Positions 45,451 through 59,399 of a stretch of DNA of 64,000 nt are shown in pieces (the stretch's first letter is position 1; each line of letters starts with the position of its first letter). A program made the position numbers and the translations under genes. Location of the stretch: assembly GCF_038025025.1 (NCBI RefSeq), contig NW_027117338.1:496001-560000 (forward strand), in the 5' to 3' direction. This stretch comes from Phyllosticta citribraziliensis (lineage: Eukaryota). Below the pieces are notes generated by a model. The model saw nothing but the letters and a program-made list of their open reading frames with translations. It ran no database searches and was not told where the DNA came from.

Positions 45451-46602
45451 TCACTTCCCACCAGCAGCACCCATCCGCACCCTCCTCCACCCCCTCCTCA
45501 CCCTGCCACCGACCTGCCTCTGCACGCGCCCCCTAACCCACCGCCCCAGCATGCCGACCTTGACGTCGCAGAAGCTCAACTGCGCCACGCTCCACGCCGC
45601 GGCGCTGGGGTGGCGGCAGAGCGACAGCGCGTCGCAGGCGTTGGGCGAGTAGACGGACGTGTAGGCGGCGGCGGCCTGGCAGAACGGCGACGAAGAAGAA
45701 GAGAGAACGCGAGATAGTGATGATGGGGCCGCGCTGGCGAACGACGGCACGAGCGCCAGGCGCGCGTACGACGACGCCGTGCCTGGCCGCGGCGTGCCCC
45801 GGGGCGACGAGTGCGCGGAGCAGGTGCTCCACGTGTACGCGGTCCAGGCGTCGGACGAAGACGACGACGTCGACGACGAGAAGAGACTCGGCGCGGAGGC
45901 GCGGCGGTGCAGGGTCCCGCTGAGCGCGGTGTAGGATGAGCTGGGCGAGTCGGGCTCGCTGCCGCTGTGGCTGTAGAGGCTAGAGGAGGAAGAGAAGACG
46001 GCTGTGTCTTGAATCTGAGGGAGGCTGACGGTGGAAAAGTTGAAGTCCTCGTCATTCGTGTAGGCGCTGCTCTCGCTGCTGATGCTGGCGCTGCGCATAC
46101 TGGACACGCCGAAGATTCCTAGACCGCATTCGCCGGCGGCGTCGTCTTCGCCGTGTGTACTTTCGGTTTCGATGCTGCCCGGGGCGGGCGAGTTGCACTG
46201 GCATTTAGAGTGCAAAGCCAGTCCCAGACTCAGTGCACGCAGCCAGTCGCCAGGGGTCTGCTGGGACTGCAGCTCGCGTGCTCGACCAAGAAGGTACTTC
46301 GCAAAGGCGAGCTGCTCGATATTGGGGAGCTGGGACAGGGAAGGGTGGATACTTACCTCCTCATTTATAAAATCCAACAGGCCCGCGTCAATGTCCACAT
46401 CCAATGGAGCGTCCACCGAATGAAGGCAAAAGTGGTCAGGATCGAGGGAAGTGGTTGAGTCTGAGGTGGCCCCAGAGGTGGGAGAGACGGGGCTGTCGCA
46501 GCAAGAAGGCTCCGTGGACGCCGTCAAGGTGCCGGTGGATGTGTTTCTGCTCGAGATTAGCATGCTGCTGAGCCTACGGCGGAGACCTCTCAAAGCTGCC
46601 AT
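45451..46602 (-). CDS. Ser-rich hypothetical protein (gene model uncertain)
   Basis: 383-codon ORF starting MAALRGLRRRLSS, with an internal GTAAGT donor after FINEE; no recognisable domain. Confidence 0.4.
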   Translation of the reverse strand: MAALRGLRRRLSSMLISSRNTSTGTLTASTEPSCCDSPVSPTSGATSDSTTSLDPDHFCLHSVDAPLDVDIDAGLLDFINEEVSIHPSLSQLPNIEQLAFAKYLLGRARELQSQQTPGDWLRALSLGLALHSKCQCNSPAPGSIETESTHGEDDAAGECGLGIFGVSSMRSASISSESSAYTNDEDFNFSTVSLPQIQDTAVFSSSSSLYSHSGSEPDSPSSSYTALSGTLHRRASAPSLFSSSTSSSSSDAWTAYTWSTCSAHSSPRGTPRPGTASSYARLALVPSFASAAPSSLSRVLSSSSSPFCQAAAAYTSVYSPNACDALSLCRHPSAAAWSVAQLSFCDVKVGMLGRWVRGRVQRQVGGRVRRGWRRVRMGAAGGK

Positions 46603-48160
46603 GATTGTTTGCTAGTGGTTTGGTTACGTGGGTCTTTACAAAGGTAGACGAGGAAGTTGTGTGTGTTGAGATGTCGAAAGCAAAGACGATGCTCGCACTG
46701 TCTGTTGCTCAGAATACTCTGCTGGTGGCTGCAAGTCGGGTCTGGTCTTGTTATTTATCCAGGCCCGAAGGATGGATATCAGGTGTTGTTCAATGATGGA
46801 AGAAGACAAAGCCCATTGTGTCCACACCGCGCGCCACCAACCAAAATATCCAAAGATCAAAGAGACTTGCTTTTGAGAAACGGGCAATAAAGGAGAGTCC
46901 AGAGGATTGTTTGCACAAAGCGTCAACAACCATGATGACATGGACAGCGAGCTAGAGAATGGTGAACTGAAAAAGAGCATCTCATTCTTACAACGCTGAA
47001 TGCGAGACCAGCTCAACACCACATCACACTGATTTGACTTTCTTGAAAAGCAAGACTTGACCACCATGTCTGTCGTCTCTGCGATGTGTCTTCAAGACGA
47101 CGGGCGGACGGTTGAGCGGTCGGACCGAAAGGGGTTGTGCGCGTGCACGTCCGAGTTATCACCCTTGTAGTATTTCGGGCCACGGATGAGGAACGTCCAG
47201 ACTGAACGAAGGAGACGCATCGACTCGGTACGCTTCGGAATGACGCAAACCGCATCCACAGGTTTCAAGATCCATGGGTACCACGACGCGCGAGAGAGCG
47301 CACAAGGTAATACAACACAGGAACGAAGTGAGGAGGGAACGGTATTTAGCGCAGCCGTAGAGTCGCGCAGGCGGAGATAAAGACCGGCGATCAGCTGCAA
47401 TGTCAAAACGCGTGTCAAGCCAGCTGGTTGGCGATTCTTGTTTGCAGCTGTTGCGATGAAGTCATGTTTGCGGGTGGCCTCGGGGGTGGCGGTGATGATG
47501 ATTTTCTCCGCAAGAGGACAGGAGCTGCCAGATGGACAAAACGCAAGGAGTGGCGAGCAGCGCATGCAAGGTACCTGTACCTGTGGGTACCGTTGGTCGG
47601 TACCGTACTGGACACGCGAGGGCACGTGAGATGAACTTGGTTCACTAGGACACGGTGAGAACATTGTAACCGGTTTGGGGAGGAGGAAGGCCTTCGGCAT
47701 GTCGGGACCGGGAAGATCGTGAGCCGATTGGCGTTGAGAGACAGGGGATTGTCAGCAACAGCGCGTCTTTGGAAGCAACACTATCTGCATCGCGTGTTCG
47801 CTTGTCAAAGGGCGGATGGCAGTTGTGAGGTCAAACGACAGGACCACTGCCAGTGGTCGACCGTGGTTGGTTAATGCAAACAAACTGCCTGTTGCGGAAA
47901 AGTCAAGACCATGGAATCCAACGACCAGCCCCAGTCTAAAAACAACTCAAGGCGAATTTTTACTTCCCAGCGCTATGCATTAGCAGACTAGTAAAGAGCC
48001 CGATTCGTTCCAGTAGAATCTCAACGCCGCAACCCCTGTCCGTTCTGCCCTGATGCGGGCAACATCAAATCCTACAACCAATGACGCCCTCTTTTGGTCT
48101 GCAACGGCAGAGATGACAAGGAAATGGGTTACATGAAAGAAAATGACGAATTCTAGCCAA

Positions 48161-49480
48161 TCATTGGCGTCGTCTACCACTGCCGAAACCCATGCGCTGC
48201 GCGGCCGCAGACCTCTTGGTCGGTCTAGGAGTCTCGACCTCGCTGCCAGACACGTCCTCTCCGTCATCGACATCTTCCTCTAGATCGTCCTCGGACTCTT
48301 CGTCGCCCGAGTCGTTTTCGGTTTCCTCGGCCTCGTCGTCCAAAACGTCTTCGTCCTCGCTGGCCTCGGATCCATCCTCAGCCTCAGCATTGAAGTGCAT
48401 GGCACCGTCATCGCTGCTCTCAGCACCGTCGAGTTCGTCATAGTCCTTGGGGCCGCGACCATCCGTAATGGCTCCGGCAACCTCGTCTTCGTCGGATTCG
48501 TCGTCTTCGCCCTCGACGTAAATGACACCCTCCTCATCTTCCAGGTCGTTCATTGCGGCGGATCTTTGCATGTTCTTTCTGAGTTCCAATTGAGCCGACA
48601 GCATGTCGAGCTTGCCCTTCAGTGTAAGCAGAGGCTGCAGACCGCTTGCCCTCTCCTTGATGACGCGGTTCAGACTGGTGAGCTGGCGCATGACTTCCTG
48701 CCTGCCGGCCAGGTAGCCGCCGTGCGAGACTATCGACCATTGAACCCAGACCATCAGGTTTCCGGCGCGACCAGGTCTCTTGTGTAGTCTTTCGGCAAGC
48801 TTGCGGAGGAGGTTTGCAACCAGCGGCGAGGGGAGACGTTCGATGGTGGCTCGGACGCTGTCGAGGTCGTTCATTTCGAAACATGACTCGAGAAGCTCGC
48901 GATCGTTGGTTTTGAGTGCTTGAGTCAGGACTGTGCTCAAAGAAGTGGCAGAGGGCGCGGAGAGGGCGCGATTGTTGTTTGTGGGAGCTAATGCGCGCGA
49001 CGGCGCGTTCGCGTCTTCAAAGGTTGCCTCGACGTCGACGACTTCGGGGGCGTTGGCCTGCAGCAACTCGCCGAAAGAAGGCGGTTCGTTGTCTGCTTGG
49101 TCGTCGTCATGTCCGTTTTGCATGGCGACATCAGTGGCTCCAGCTTTGGTGTCGGCGGCATCTTCATCTTGATCGTCGTCGGAGCTTGACAGGTCGCTCA
49201 TTTCTTCCTCGCCGCTCGAAATGGTGACGACTTCTGGGGTAGCATCCTGCATGTCGACATCGGCATGGCCAACCACGGCTTGCGACTCGTCGACTTGGGC
49301 TCCTCGGGTGCGTTTTGAACCGTTGATGGCGGCGACGGGGCGCTTGGCGGCATTTTGGTCCGAGGGCACGAGGGCGGCGAGGGCGGATTTGGGCTCGGAG
49401 CGTCTCGTCTTCTTGGCGGGGAGGGGGGAGTCGAGGTTGGCGGCCTCAGCCTTGCGACGGGAGCTCAGGGCGGTGGGCAT
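48161..49480 (-). CDS. UTP5: SSU processome component Utp5 (Dip2/Utp12 C-terminal domain)
   Basis: SLSTVLTQALKTNDRELLESC..IERL..LMVWVQW..HGGYLA..LLTLKGKLDML; acidic C-terminus. Confidence 0.85.
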   Translation of the reverse strand: MPTALSSRRKAEAANLDSPLPAKKTRRSEPKSALAALVPSDQNAAKRPVAAINGSKRTRGAQVDESQAVVGHADVDMQDATPEVVTISSGEEEMSDLSSSDDDQDEDAADTKAGATDVAMQNGHDDDQADNEPPSFGELLQANAPEVVDVEATFEDANAPSRALAPTNNNRALSAPSATSLSTVLTQALKTNDRELLESCFEMNDLDSVRATIERLPSPLVANLLRKLAERLHKRPGRAGNLMVWVQWSIVSHGGYLAGRQEVMRQLTSLNRVIKERASGLQPLLTLKGKLDMLSAQLELRKNMQRSAAMNDLEDEEGVIYVEGEDDESDEDEVAGAITDGRGPKDYDELDGAESSDDGAMHFNAEAEDGSEASEDEDVLDDEAEETENDSGDEESEDDLEEDVDDGEDVSGSEVETPRPTKRSAAAQRMGFGSGRRRQ

Positions 49481-49537
49481 GGCTGGTGGAGGAGGGCGTG
49501 GTGATGGAGGCAGACGGACGTCGAGTTGGAGTGGGCC

Positions 49538-49597
49538 AAAATTTTTGTTGGAGGGAGGGCCGGGTCGGCGTCGGCGGCGGCGGCGGCGGCAGATGAG
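49538..49597. promoter_or_regulatory. RRPE-like (AAAATTTTT, 49538-49546) and PAC-like (GATGAG, 49592-49597) elements upstream of UTP5
   Basis: Both ribosome-biogenesis regulon motifs lie within 120 bp of the UTP5 ATG in otherwise GC-rich sequence. Confidence 0.45.
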
Positions 49598-50418
49598 ATT
49601 AGATTGATTGATTAGGGCCAGAGCGATGGCCGGGAAGGGTTAGGGGAAAGGGAGGCCGTGCACAGGCGTCAGTGTCAGTGCCGGCACAATAAATGGCTGC
49701 TCCTGCCCGACGCCCTAAGCTTCGCCCTCAGTGCTTTTTGGTTGTCGTCGCGTCGTCGCTGCTCGGCTCCGGACCTGGACCTGGACCACGACCACGACCA
49801 CTGATTCGCCCGCACCGCAACCACCACCACCACACCCACACCCACTCCCACTCCCACTCCTTACCCACCAGTCTAGCCCGTTCCGCCCCGAGCATTTTCG
49901 ACCTCTGCTTCTGAGCACCTAGCTCCACCAAGCTCCCTCCAAGCTGTACCGCCTGCGATTCCGTCCCGCCGCGCAGCTGTCCGCCGTCTCCGCAAGCTCC
50001 TTCTGACTCACCACCGCACCGCACCGCACCGCACCGCGTCCCCGTCCCCGTCGCGCCTGCCCTTCACCTGCCTTCCCGGGCCAGGGCATCACCACATTCG
50101 GCGCACGTGATCCGCCGCCTCCGCCCGTCGCCCGCCGCCCGCCGCCCTTGGTGTTTCGCTCGGCCCGTATATATTGCCTGCTCGGGTCTCTGCTCTTCGA
50201 TTCCTCCCATCCCCCCGGCTCCGTCCGCCCGTCCATCCACAAACAAAGGACAGTCTCAGGCGTGTCGCAGCTCCGCCCAACGCGTCACCCCGATCCTAGC
50301 GCGTCCCCAAGCTCCAATTCCTCTCGTCCACCGCCACCACACCTCTACTTGTTGTTGCAGCCTGGTGGAGCTGGCGCCCATCGCGTTGTCCACGGGTCTC
50401 TCTTGTCGTCGCGTTTGC

Positions 50419-53400
50419 ATGGCCGTCATGACCTCACCCGCAACGGACAAGCCGTCCCTGGATGCGAAACCCGTTCCATCTGCAGACACGATGGCTTTGG
50501 ACTCCAACATCAACGGGTGAGTCGGCTCTTTTGCATTCTCTTTACCCCAAGCCCATGTAGTTAATCGATACCGTCGCCCGCAGAAGCGCAAGTGATCATG
50601 ATCCTCTCTTTGATGAAGACCCGACACCTCACCTCGACCTGCCTGACCCGCCGCCCGCCGACACTACACACGACGACACCGTCGCCGCGACAAACGGCAA
50701 CGGTGCCATGAATGGAACATCCCCGACACCCGACGCCCTCCCAGTGAAAGATTCCTTGCCGGCACCTGCAGGCGACGCCAATGGTGGCATTGCGCCTACT
50801 GCGCCCATCCTCGCTGAAGATCCGCCCGACGTCCCGCGGACCCTTCCTCCCGCGCCTGACAGCCTCGCGACAACTACCCAACCTCCTTCGATCGACCAGC
50901 CTACCTCCAACGATCGCAAAGACCACACGGACGCCACCAACGCGACAGAGGACGTCAAGTCACCTCGCGACATGAACGAGCAGGAGTCTCACCTTCCTAC
51001 CGAGCCTGCGCAATCAGCGCCACTCTCGGATGCTGCCCCCGCCGACGCCGCGCCTTCTGCGGCGCCCGCCCCGCCCGCTGTCGAAACCACCGCGCCCACG
51101 AATGATGTCGAGAGCAAGATGGACATTTCTGAGGATGACAAGGCTGTGGCGCATGCTCCCGTGTCGGAGACGGTCACACACAAGGAGGAGCCATCTGAAC
51201 AGGTGTCTGCCATCCCTTCCACCGAGGTTGCGCCCCAAGCTCCCGCAACAGCCGGCGCCGGCCACACCAGCTTGAGCGCCGCCGCGAGTGCGACCCCGAC
51301 CGCCAGCGGGTCGGATCATCCGATGGAGGATGCGCCCGCAATGACCAAAACCAGGCCGCGCGAAGAGGACGAGGGCGACGACGGCCCGTCTGCGAAGCGA
51401 GCAAGAACCGCTGAGGGTACCGCCGAAGCTGAGGCAAAGCTGGTCGATGCGCCTGCGCCTGTGCCAACGACCAACGGAAATACATCGCAACCGCCAAAAC
51501 CAGCAAATATCGAGACGAACAACATCGCCGTCCCCACAGATGGTGCTCCGACCACTCCTGCCATTAGCAATGCGCCGGAGAAAAAGAAGTACGATGCAGC
51601 ACCACTCACTCCGGCGCAATACAAGTTCTTGATGGACCGCCTTCGCGGCGCGAAGAAGACCAAGTCTGCCGCGCCATTTCTCCACCCGGTTGACCCTGTG
51701 TCGCTCAACATCCCTCACTACCCGCAAGTCATCCAGCGCCCAATGGACCTTGGCACGATGGAGTCCAAGCTTCGGGACAAGAAATACCAGAGCGTCGACA
51801 ACTTCATGTCCGACTTTTACCTAATGATCGACAACTGCATCACCTTTAATGGAGCGGCGCATCCCGTCTCGCAGTCGGCCTGGAATATGCAAGTGTGGTT
51901 TGAGCGTGGAATGCACCTCTTGCCTGCCCGAGACGTCCAGGCGGACCCCCCGAAGAGGACGAAGAAAGCGAACAATGGTCCGCCAAAGGCTCGTCGCGAG
52001 TCTCGCGCACATGTTCCTGCGCACTCGCCCAAAGAGTCCAACACCCCGACGGTCACGTATGCTTTGCAAGCCGATGGAACGCCCTTGATTCGACGCGACT
52101 CGACGACCGGTGATGGCCGTCCGAAGCGAGAGATTCACAGACCACCACCCAAGGATCTCCCGTACACAAACCCAAGGCCCAAGAGCAAAAAGTCGCAACT
52201 GGAGCTCAAGTTCTGCGACATGGTCGTCAACGAAATGCTAAAGCCCAAGCATCAGGCCTTCTCCTATCCATTCCTCGCCCCCGTCGATCCGATTGCTCTC
52301 AACATTCCCCAATACTTGAAAATCATCAAAAAGCCCATGGACCTTGGTACGATTGCCAGCAGGCTCAAGCATGGCGAGTACAGTGGGGCCAAGGAGGTCA
52401 AGGCAGACATTGAGCTCATGTTTGCCAATTGCTTCAAGTTCAATCCCGAAGGAGACGAGGTCAACAAGATGGGTCATTTGCTCCAGGATCTCTTCAAGCG
52501 GACCTGGGAGAAGAAGGCGGACTGGCTGGAGCAGCATGCGCCGGCCTCTGACCCCGAGTCTGACGAGGATGAAGAAGAGGAGGAAGAGAGCGACGACGGG
52601 GAAGAGGAGGCCATTCGTCAGCGTCAGGCCGAGATTGCCCAGCAAATCATGAAGTTGACGCAGGAGCAGCTGGCCTTGCAGAACAAGAAGAAGAGTTCGC
52701 CCAAATACATCAGCAAGAAAAGTGCGAAGAAGGAGAAGGAGAGCAAGCCCAAGAAGGCTTCAAAGCCGTCCGTTACTCTCAAGCCCAAGAAGAAGCAGCG
52801 CCAGATCACATTCGAAGAGAAGCGTCTCATCTCGGAGACTATTGGCAACCTGGATGAGAATCAGATGGCCAGGGCAGTTCAAATCATCCGAAACGGAGTG
52901 CCCCATCTTCAGGTAAGTAGATTATCAACACCCATCAACAATGACCCTTGTTCGGCGCGATTGGCAACGGCTGTTTGCGGGTCGCAAGTGATACAATGGC
53001 TCATGACCCTATCACTTTATGGAGTTGGAGCTGACTCTGACAGGGTGTCAACGACGACGAGCTCGAGCTTGACATTGACACCATCCCGAACGACGTTCTC
53101 CACGACTTGCTCAAATACATCAAGAACGTGGCCCCAGACTCCATCGTGGTCCAGCAGCAGCCAGTAGCTCAAGACGACGACTACGAGCCTCCAACCCACA
53201 AGGGCCAGGCGCAGCCTAGAAAGAACAAGCCCATGGGCAAACATGAGCAGGAGGCTGCCATTGCGGACATTAAGCAGCGCTTGCAAAACTTCACCAACAG
53301 AGGTTCAAGCGATGATGCAAGCCCTGAACCTACTGGTAAGTTGGTCGGTCGTCTTGTTCCTCCCGTTCTAACACATTATGCAGCTGTCCATCGAGACGAC

Positions 53401-53445
53401 TCTGACGACGACGACTCGAGTGCGTCGGAAAGTGAAGAGGAGTAA
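50419..53445 (+). CDS. BDF1: BET-family double bromodomain protein with ET domain
   Basis: BD1 PFLHPVDPVSLNIPHYPQVIQRPMDLGTM..NCITFNG; BD2 PFLAPVDPIALNIPQYLKIIKKPMDL..NCFKFN; ET ITFEEKRLISETI..ELELDID; multiple introns. Confidence 0.93.
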
Positions 53446-54325
53446 GCTTCGAATTCGACGGCTACAAGCTGGCGTTTGAGGCGCAGCCATGGACAACTCA
53501 ATGGGACTTTCCATGTCGGCCTGCCCTCACCTTCTGCTTCCTCGCATACAGCCGGGACACACCCTCCTTGCGCATTCCCATTCGCTGTACAACAGTCCTC
53601 TTGCAAGCCCTTCATTTCCCCTGTGTTTTTTCACTCACCTTTCTTTCTTTCTGGTTCTTGTCGATAAAGTTGAAGCGTGCACTCTGCTGGCTAGCGGAGC
53701 CGTAGTTGACGATGGATGACTGACGTTTACGAGCGGGTTGGGATTCTGGGAAACAGAAAAGTCTGCTTCTTTCTCTACCAGGACGGAGGCGGTATTGCAT
53801 GAATTGAGGGCAAAAGAAATTTTTGGGAGCGGTGTGGGTTGGTTGACTTGCTTCCACAATACCTCTGACAACTACAGCCTGGTCCTCGGATACCCCGTGC
53901 CAGCAGCGAGGTTTGTACGGCAGGCAGTGACGGAGTTGGTGACGGATAAAAAGCCAGGACGTGGCACATGGCTTGCCGTGTGTCGGCCTGGCTCGGTTGA
54001 AAATTAGATAGTGGACGAGAAAACAAAAGACAATGATCTGTAATCGAAGCATCTTGCGGTGAGGTGTGTTTAGGCCGGAGGACAAGGAGGGAGCACAGGA
54101 GCATTCTTCTGCTGAGGTAAGAGACTACCGAGCCGCCGGTCTTGGCGGTTGTCGCGCATCGCGTTTCGACGCCCCAGCTTTGATTTTCCCCAAGCTTCAA
54201 CACCCAAACCGACAAGTCCGTTGCAAAATCCGATTCTTCCCTACCGCCCTTTTGCCACCGAATCTCAATCTTACCCTGACCTCCGACTACAACCCCTCGC
54301 AAATCCCTCAAAGACCGCCATCGCC

Positions 54326-55937
<1,612 letters not shown>

Positions 55938-56196
55938 GTGGTGGACGAGTCGGGTGGAGTTTGGTGCGTTTCTGCTGCTGGGCCATGGTATGGATGGATG
56001 GATGGATGAATTCGATGAATGGAGATGAGGCGGGCTTGTTCCCCCTTTTTTGACTTACGCTTTTTCCTTTCTGACCGGTTGCGGGTGGGCGTGGAAAGAT
56101 TTCGTTTGCGCACGCCGTCGAGAGACCCAAGACGAGAGCGTGCGAAGGACCAGGCGTCGGCAGTTGGCTTCGTACGCAATGCATCGTAGGTAGGAC

Positions 56197-56197
56197 G

Positions 56198-56229
<32 letters not shown>

Positions 56230-56260
56230 AGAAGAAGAAGAAGAAGCAGCAAAAGAAGCA
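56197..56260. repeat. Compound (GCA)n(GAA)n microsatellite
   Basis: Read directly from the sequence. Confidence 0.9.
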
Positions 56261-57173
56261 GTAGAAGGAGACGACGTAATAACATCCATCCTAATTCCAA
56301 CGAACACACAAGCCTGCCTGCCTGCCTGCCCACACATTAAACACACACGCTGAGCTTCTCCGTTGGTACTCTTGTTTCCGTGAGGTGAAGTCAATCTAAC
56401 TCACCAAGGCAGCTTACTACTAGCTTCCCGGCTTGCTGGACCGCCGGCTGAGGAGTTGAAAAGTGTAAGCGTTGCAAGAGAGAAAGAAAGAAAAAAAGAA
56501 AAGAAAAGAAAAGAAAAAAAGACGGTAACCCGCGATTTCGTCTGCAGGCCCCGTTACCCAAGCTAGCGAGAGAAGGGGGAGGGGAGAGAGATGGCGGCGT
56601 GGGTACAGTGAGGGAGGTGCCGGTCTCCATACCGCAGTCAAGAAAGCAGCATTTACTTGTTGGTTCAGGGGTGTGAGATGTGAAACACCCGATCAAGGAC
56701 GTGTGGACTGTGTAGGTGACTCTTTTCAGGAAATGTATGTATCTACATGATGGATTTAAAAACGAAGAGAAAGAGCCTAAGGGGATAGGTATATAGGTAG
56801 GTGCTTTTCATGTTGGTTCTCGATTTAACCTACAGTAGCCCGTATTTCCCACCCACTACAATCCAGCTCTCAGAAAAGAGCGACTGCGTGGGACGGTACA
56901 GACACTTGGTTGATGATCTGATGTTTTTGCGGTGGTCACTTACCATTGACCTACCTACCTGACTGGGTACCCGCACTGAGTACCCGCACCTGTACCTACA
57001 TGTCTGTGGGTTATTCTATCCAACTTGCTTGAGCAATGTGGCCAGTCCGCCCGCTTCCATCCTCTCCTACCCCCTAGCTACGCACCTCTCCACCCCCGTC
57101 CCCTGAGCCGCTTACTCAACCACCTACCTGTCTGCCTATGTCCGTCCCCATCCACCACCTCCCCAAAGAACTC

Positions 57174-58634
57174 CTACTCGAATCCAACGCCCGCCGCCTC
57201 TCTATACCCGACGCCCCTCCCCTCTTCCAGCTCCCGCGCACCCATCTCACAAACAGCCACGCCCTCCACCCTAACGCCCTCCGCCCACACAAACCCGTCA
57301 AACCGCTGCATCACCTCCCTCGCGTCGAATTTGCCGCTGTCTCTGCTCTTCTTTTTGCCACCACCGCCCGCGCGTCCCCTTCTCTCCTTGGCGTAAATGG
57401 TGTTGACGACCGTGGCATGCAGCCGCAGCGGGCGGTCGTCCGGCACGAGCAGCGGCGCAAAGGCGTCGCGCACGGCGGACGCGAAGGCGTAGAGGCGGGC
57501 TGTCGGGTCGTGCGGCGCGGCGTAGAGGATTGATGTGCGGGTGGGACTGTGCATGGGGTGCAGGCCGCGGAGGGAGAGCGTGAGAGGGGGTTCATGGGGT
57601 GTGTTGCCCGTTTCCGAGGGTGGGTGCGCGAGGTGAGGTTGGTTTGCGAATTGGGATGTGGATGTGGAGGAGTGGAGGAGTGACGAGAGGTTCAGGCTGC
57701 GCAGGAGCTCGTGGGCGCGCGCCATGCTGGCGTCGTCGCGCAGGGACATGACGCCGAGGGTCAGGTGCAGCGTGCCGACAGGGCGGACGGCCGAGGGCGG
57801 GAAGGGTGATGCTGCTGTTGCAGTTGCTGCCGTGCCATGCGTCGTGTTGTCGCCATTGCCCGGTGTCTGCGCTGGGTATTCCCCATTCGACCTCAGCGTG
57901 TCGCCATCCGTGCTCTTTTCAGCTGCCCGTCCGTGGTCGTACGCTCCCCTTCTCTCACCACCTCCCTCCTCTTCCCCCAACACCTCGCGCCGAAACCGCG
58001 CCATCGACGCTTCGAGCTGCGGCCGCGACGCATCCGTCACGAGCGGGATACACAAGAAATGCGTGAGCTGCGGCTTTTTCTCCCCTCCCTTTCCCTTTCC
58101 CTTTGCAGTTCCCTTCACCGAGCCCGCAGAAGCAGAAGCGGTTCCTCCAGCTGATGCCACTGGCAGCGTCTCTTTCGCGATGCCTGTGCTTTGAGCAGAT
58201 GCTGCCGCGTCCGCGGCGTCGGTCTGAGCGTTGGATGACGAGATGGTGGCCGTGGAATGCGCCAATGCGAGGGCGCCCGGATCCGAGTTTCCCGAGGCTG
58301 CGGTTGTCGAGAGAGTGGATTGGCCTCCTCCATTGTGGTCGCTTCTCGTCGCGCTGCGCCGCGGCATGTCGGGCAACAGAGAAGATGAGATGGTCGAGTG
58401 CGAGTGAGAGCGGCGATGTTGGGCGGGGAGTCGCGACTCGACTGCCGAAAACGCCAATGGCAAGGCGGAGCGTTGTGTTTTTGTTTCTGTTCGCCGACCA
58501 ACCGTTGGTTGTAGTTGTCGAGGCGTTGGAAGAGAGACGGACGCAGGGCGAGGGAAATATTTTTGCAGAGAGCGTCTGCAAGACAAGCTTGTAGAAGCAG
58601 CACCGCAAGACGTGGCTGCAGCAAAAAGTGGCAT
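57174..58634 (-). CDS. 2H phosphoesterase (AKAP7/ASCC1-like 2',5' RNA ligase-like domain); alternative start at 58367
   Basis: LTHFLCIPL, first HxT (LHLTLGVMSL), second HxT (LHATVVNT), FDAR, VAVCEMG. Confidence 0.85.
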   Translation of the reverse strand: MPLFAAATSCGAASTSLSCRRSLQKYFPRPASVSLPTPRQLQPTVGRRTETKTQRSALPLAFSAVESRLPAQHRRSHSHSTISSSLLPDMPRRSATRSDHNGGGQSTLSTTAASGNSDPGALALAHSTATISSSNAQTDAADAAASAQSTGIAKETLPVASAGGTASASAGSVKGTAKGKGKGGEKKPQLTHFLCIPLVTDASRPQLEASMARFRREVLGEEEGGGERRGAYDHGRAAEKSTDGDTLRSNGEYPAQTPGNGDNTTHGTAATATAASPFPPSAVRPVGTLHLTLGVMSLRDDASMARAHELLRSLNLSSLLHSSTSTSQFANQPHLAHPPSETGNTPHEPPLTLSLRGLHPMHSPTRTSILYAAPHDPTARLYAFASAVRDAFAPLLVPDDRPLRLHATVVNTIYAKERRGRAGGGGKKKSRDSGKFDAREVMQRFDGFVWAEGVRVEGVAVCEMGARELEEGRGVGYREAAGVGFE

Positions 58635-59399
58635 GAGTCACTTGCAGACGTCCTGTTGTCTGCTTGCCCGTTTGGGAAGTCGCCTCAGTCTGGAGATGAG
58701 ACCGGATGAGGGCTAGGCTCGGCACGTGAGATGCTGATCAGGGTCCTCAGGTCGACCTGACGACTCTTGATGTAACAACCTGTGGGAAAGAATGGTTTAG
58801 CCAACCGTCAGGTTCCCAAGATAAGAAGCGCCAAATGTCCAGCTAACCGGGTCGCAGAGGGAGCTCGGGCGCAGGAGGGGCTGGACGGGCACGACGGGAC
58901 CGAGTCGCAGGCCAGCCATGGAGAAGACCCGACTGGAGTAGCAGCCACAATGACACGTGCCGAGGCAAGGGTGCGGTGCGGTGCCGCCGGGTCCCCTTCT
59001 GGGGGGAGTCGGGTTCTAGAATAGGTACCAGATATGACCCTTTCTGGTCGGGTTCTAGAACAAACACACACGCATGACACGATTTTGTGACAGAAGTCGA
59101 GGCAGGAGAAGCTCGAGGATTCGAATTCAAAGAGTTTGGAAAATAATTGAGAAGCGGAGCCGCCCATGCTATCTCTGCAGAGCCGTAGCCCGTGCAGCAG
59201 TTGTCTTTGTTAATAACGAGTTATCCAGAAAACCCATAAGTCATGATTCCAGAGAGACGCAGCCGTTCATCTTCTTCCTCGTCCAACTACACACTCCCGT
59301 CCCTCGACGCTCCACGGCCCAGCCGAGGGCTCGCGGCGGCAGCAGTAGTCCGGCTTGCTGACATGGTGCACACACAAACGGTCCCCCCACCCCCCTCCC

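Noticed and set aside
56055..56333. Poly-Leu 'membrane protein' ORF
   Set aside because: Translation of the (GCA)n(GAA)n microsatellite.
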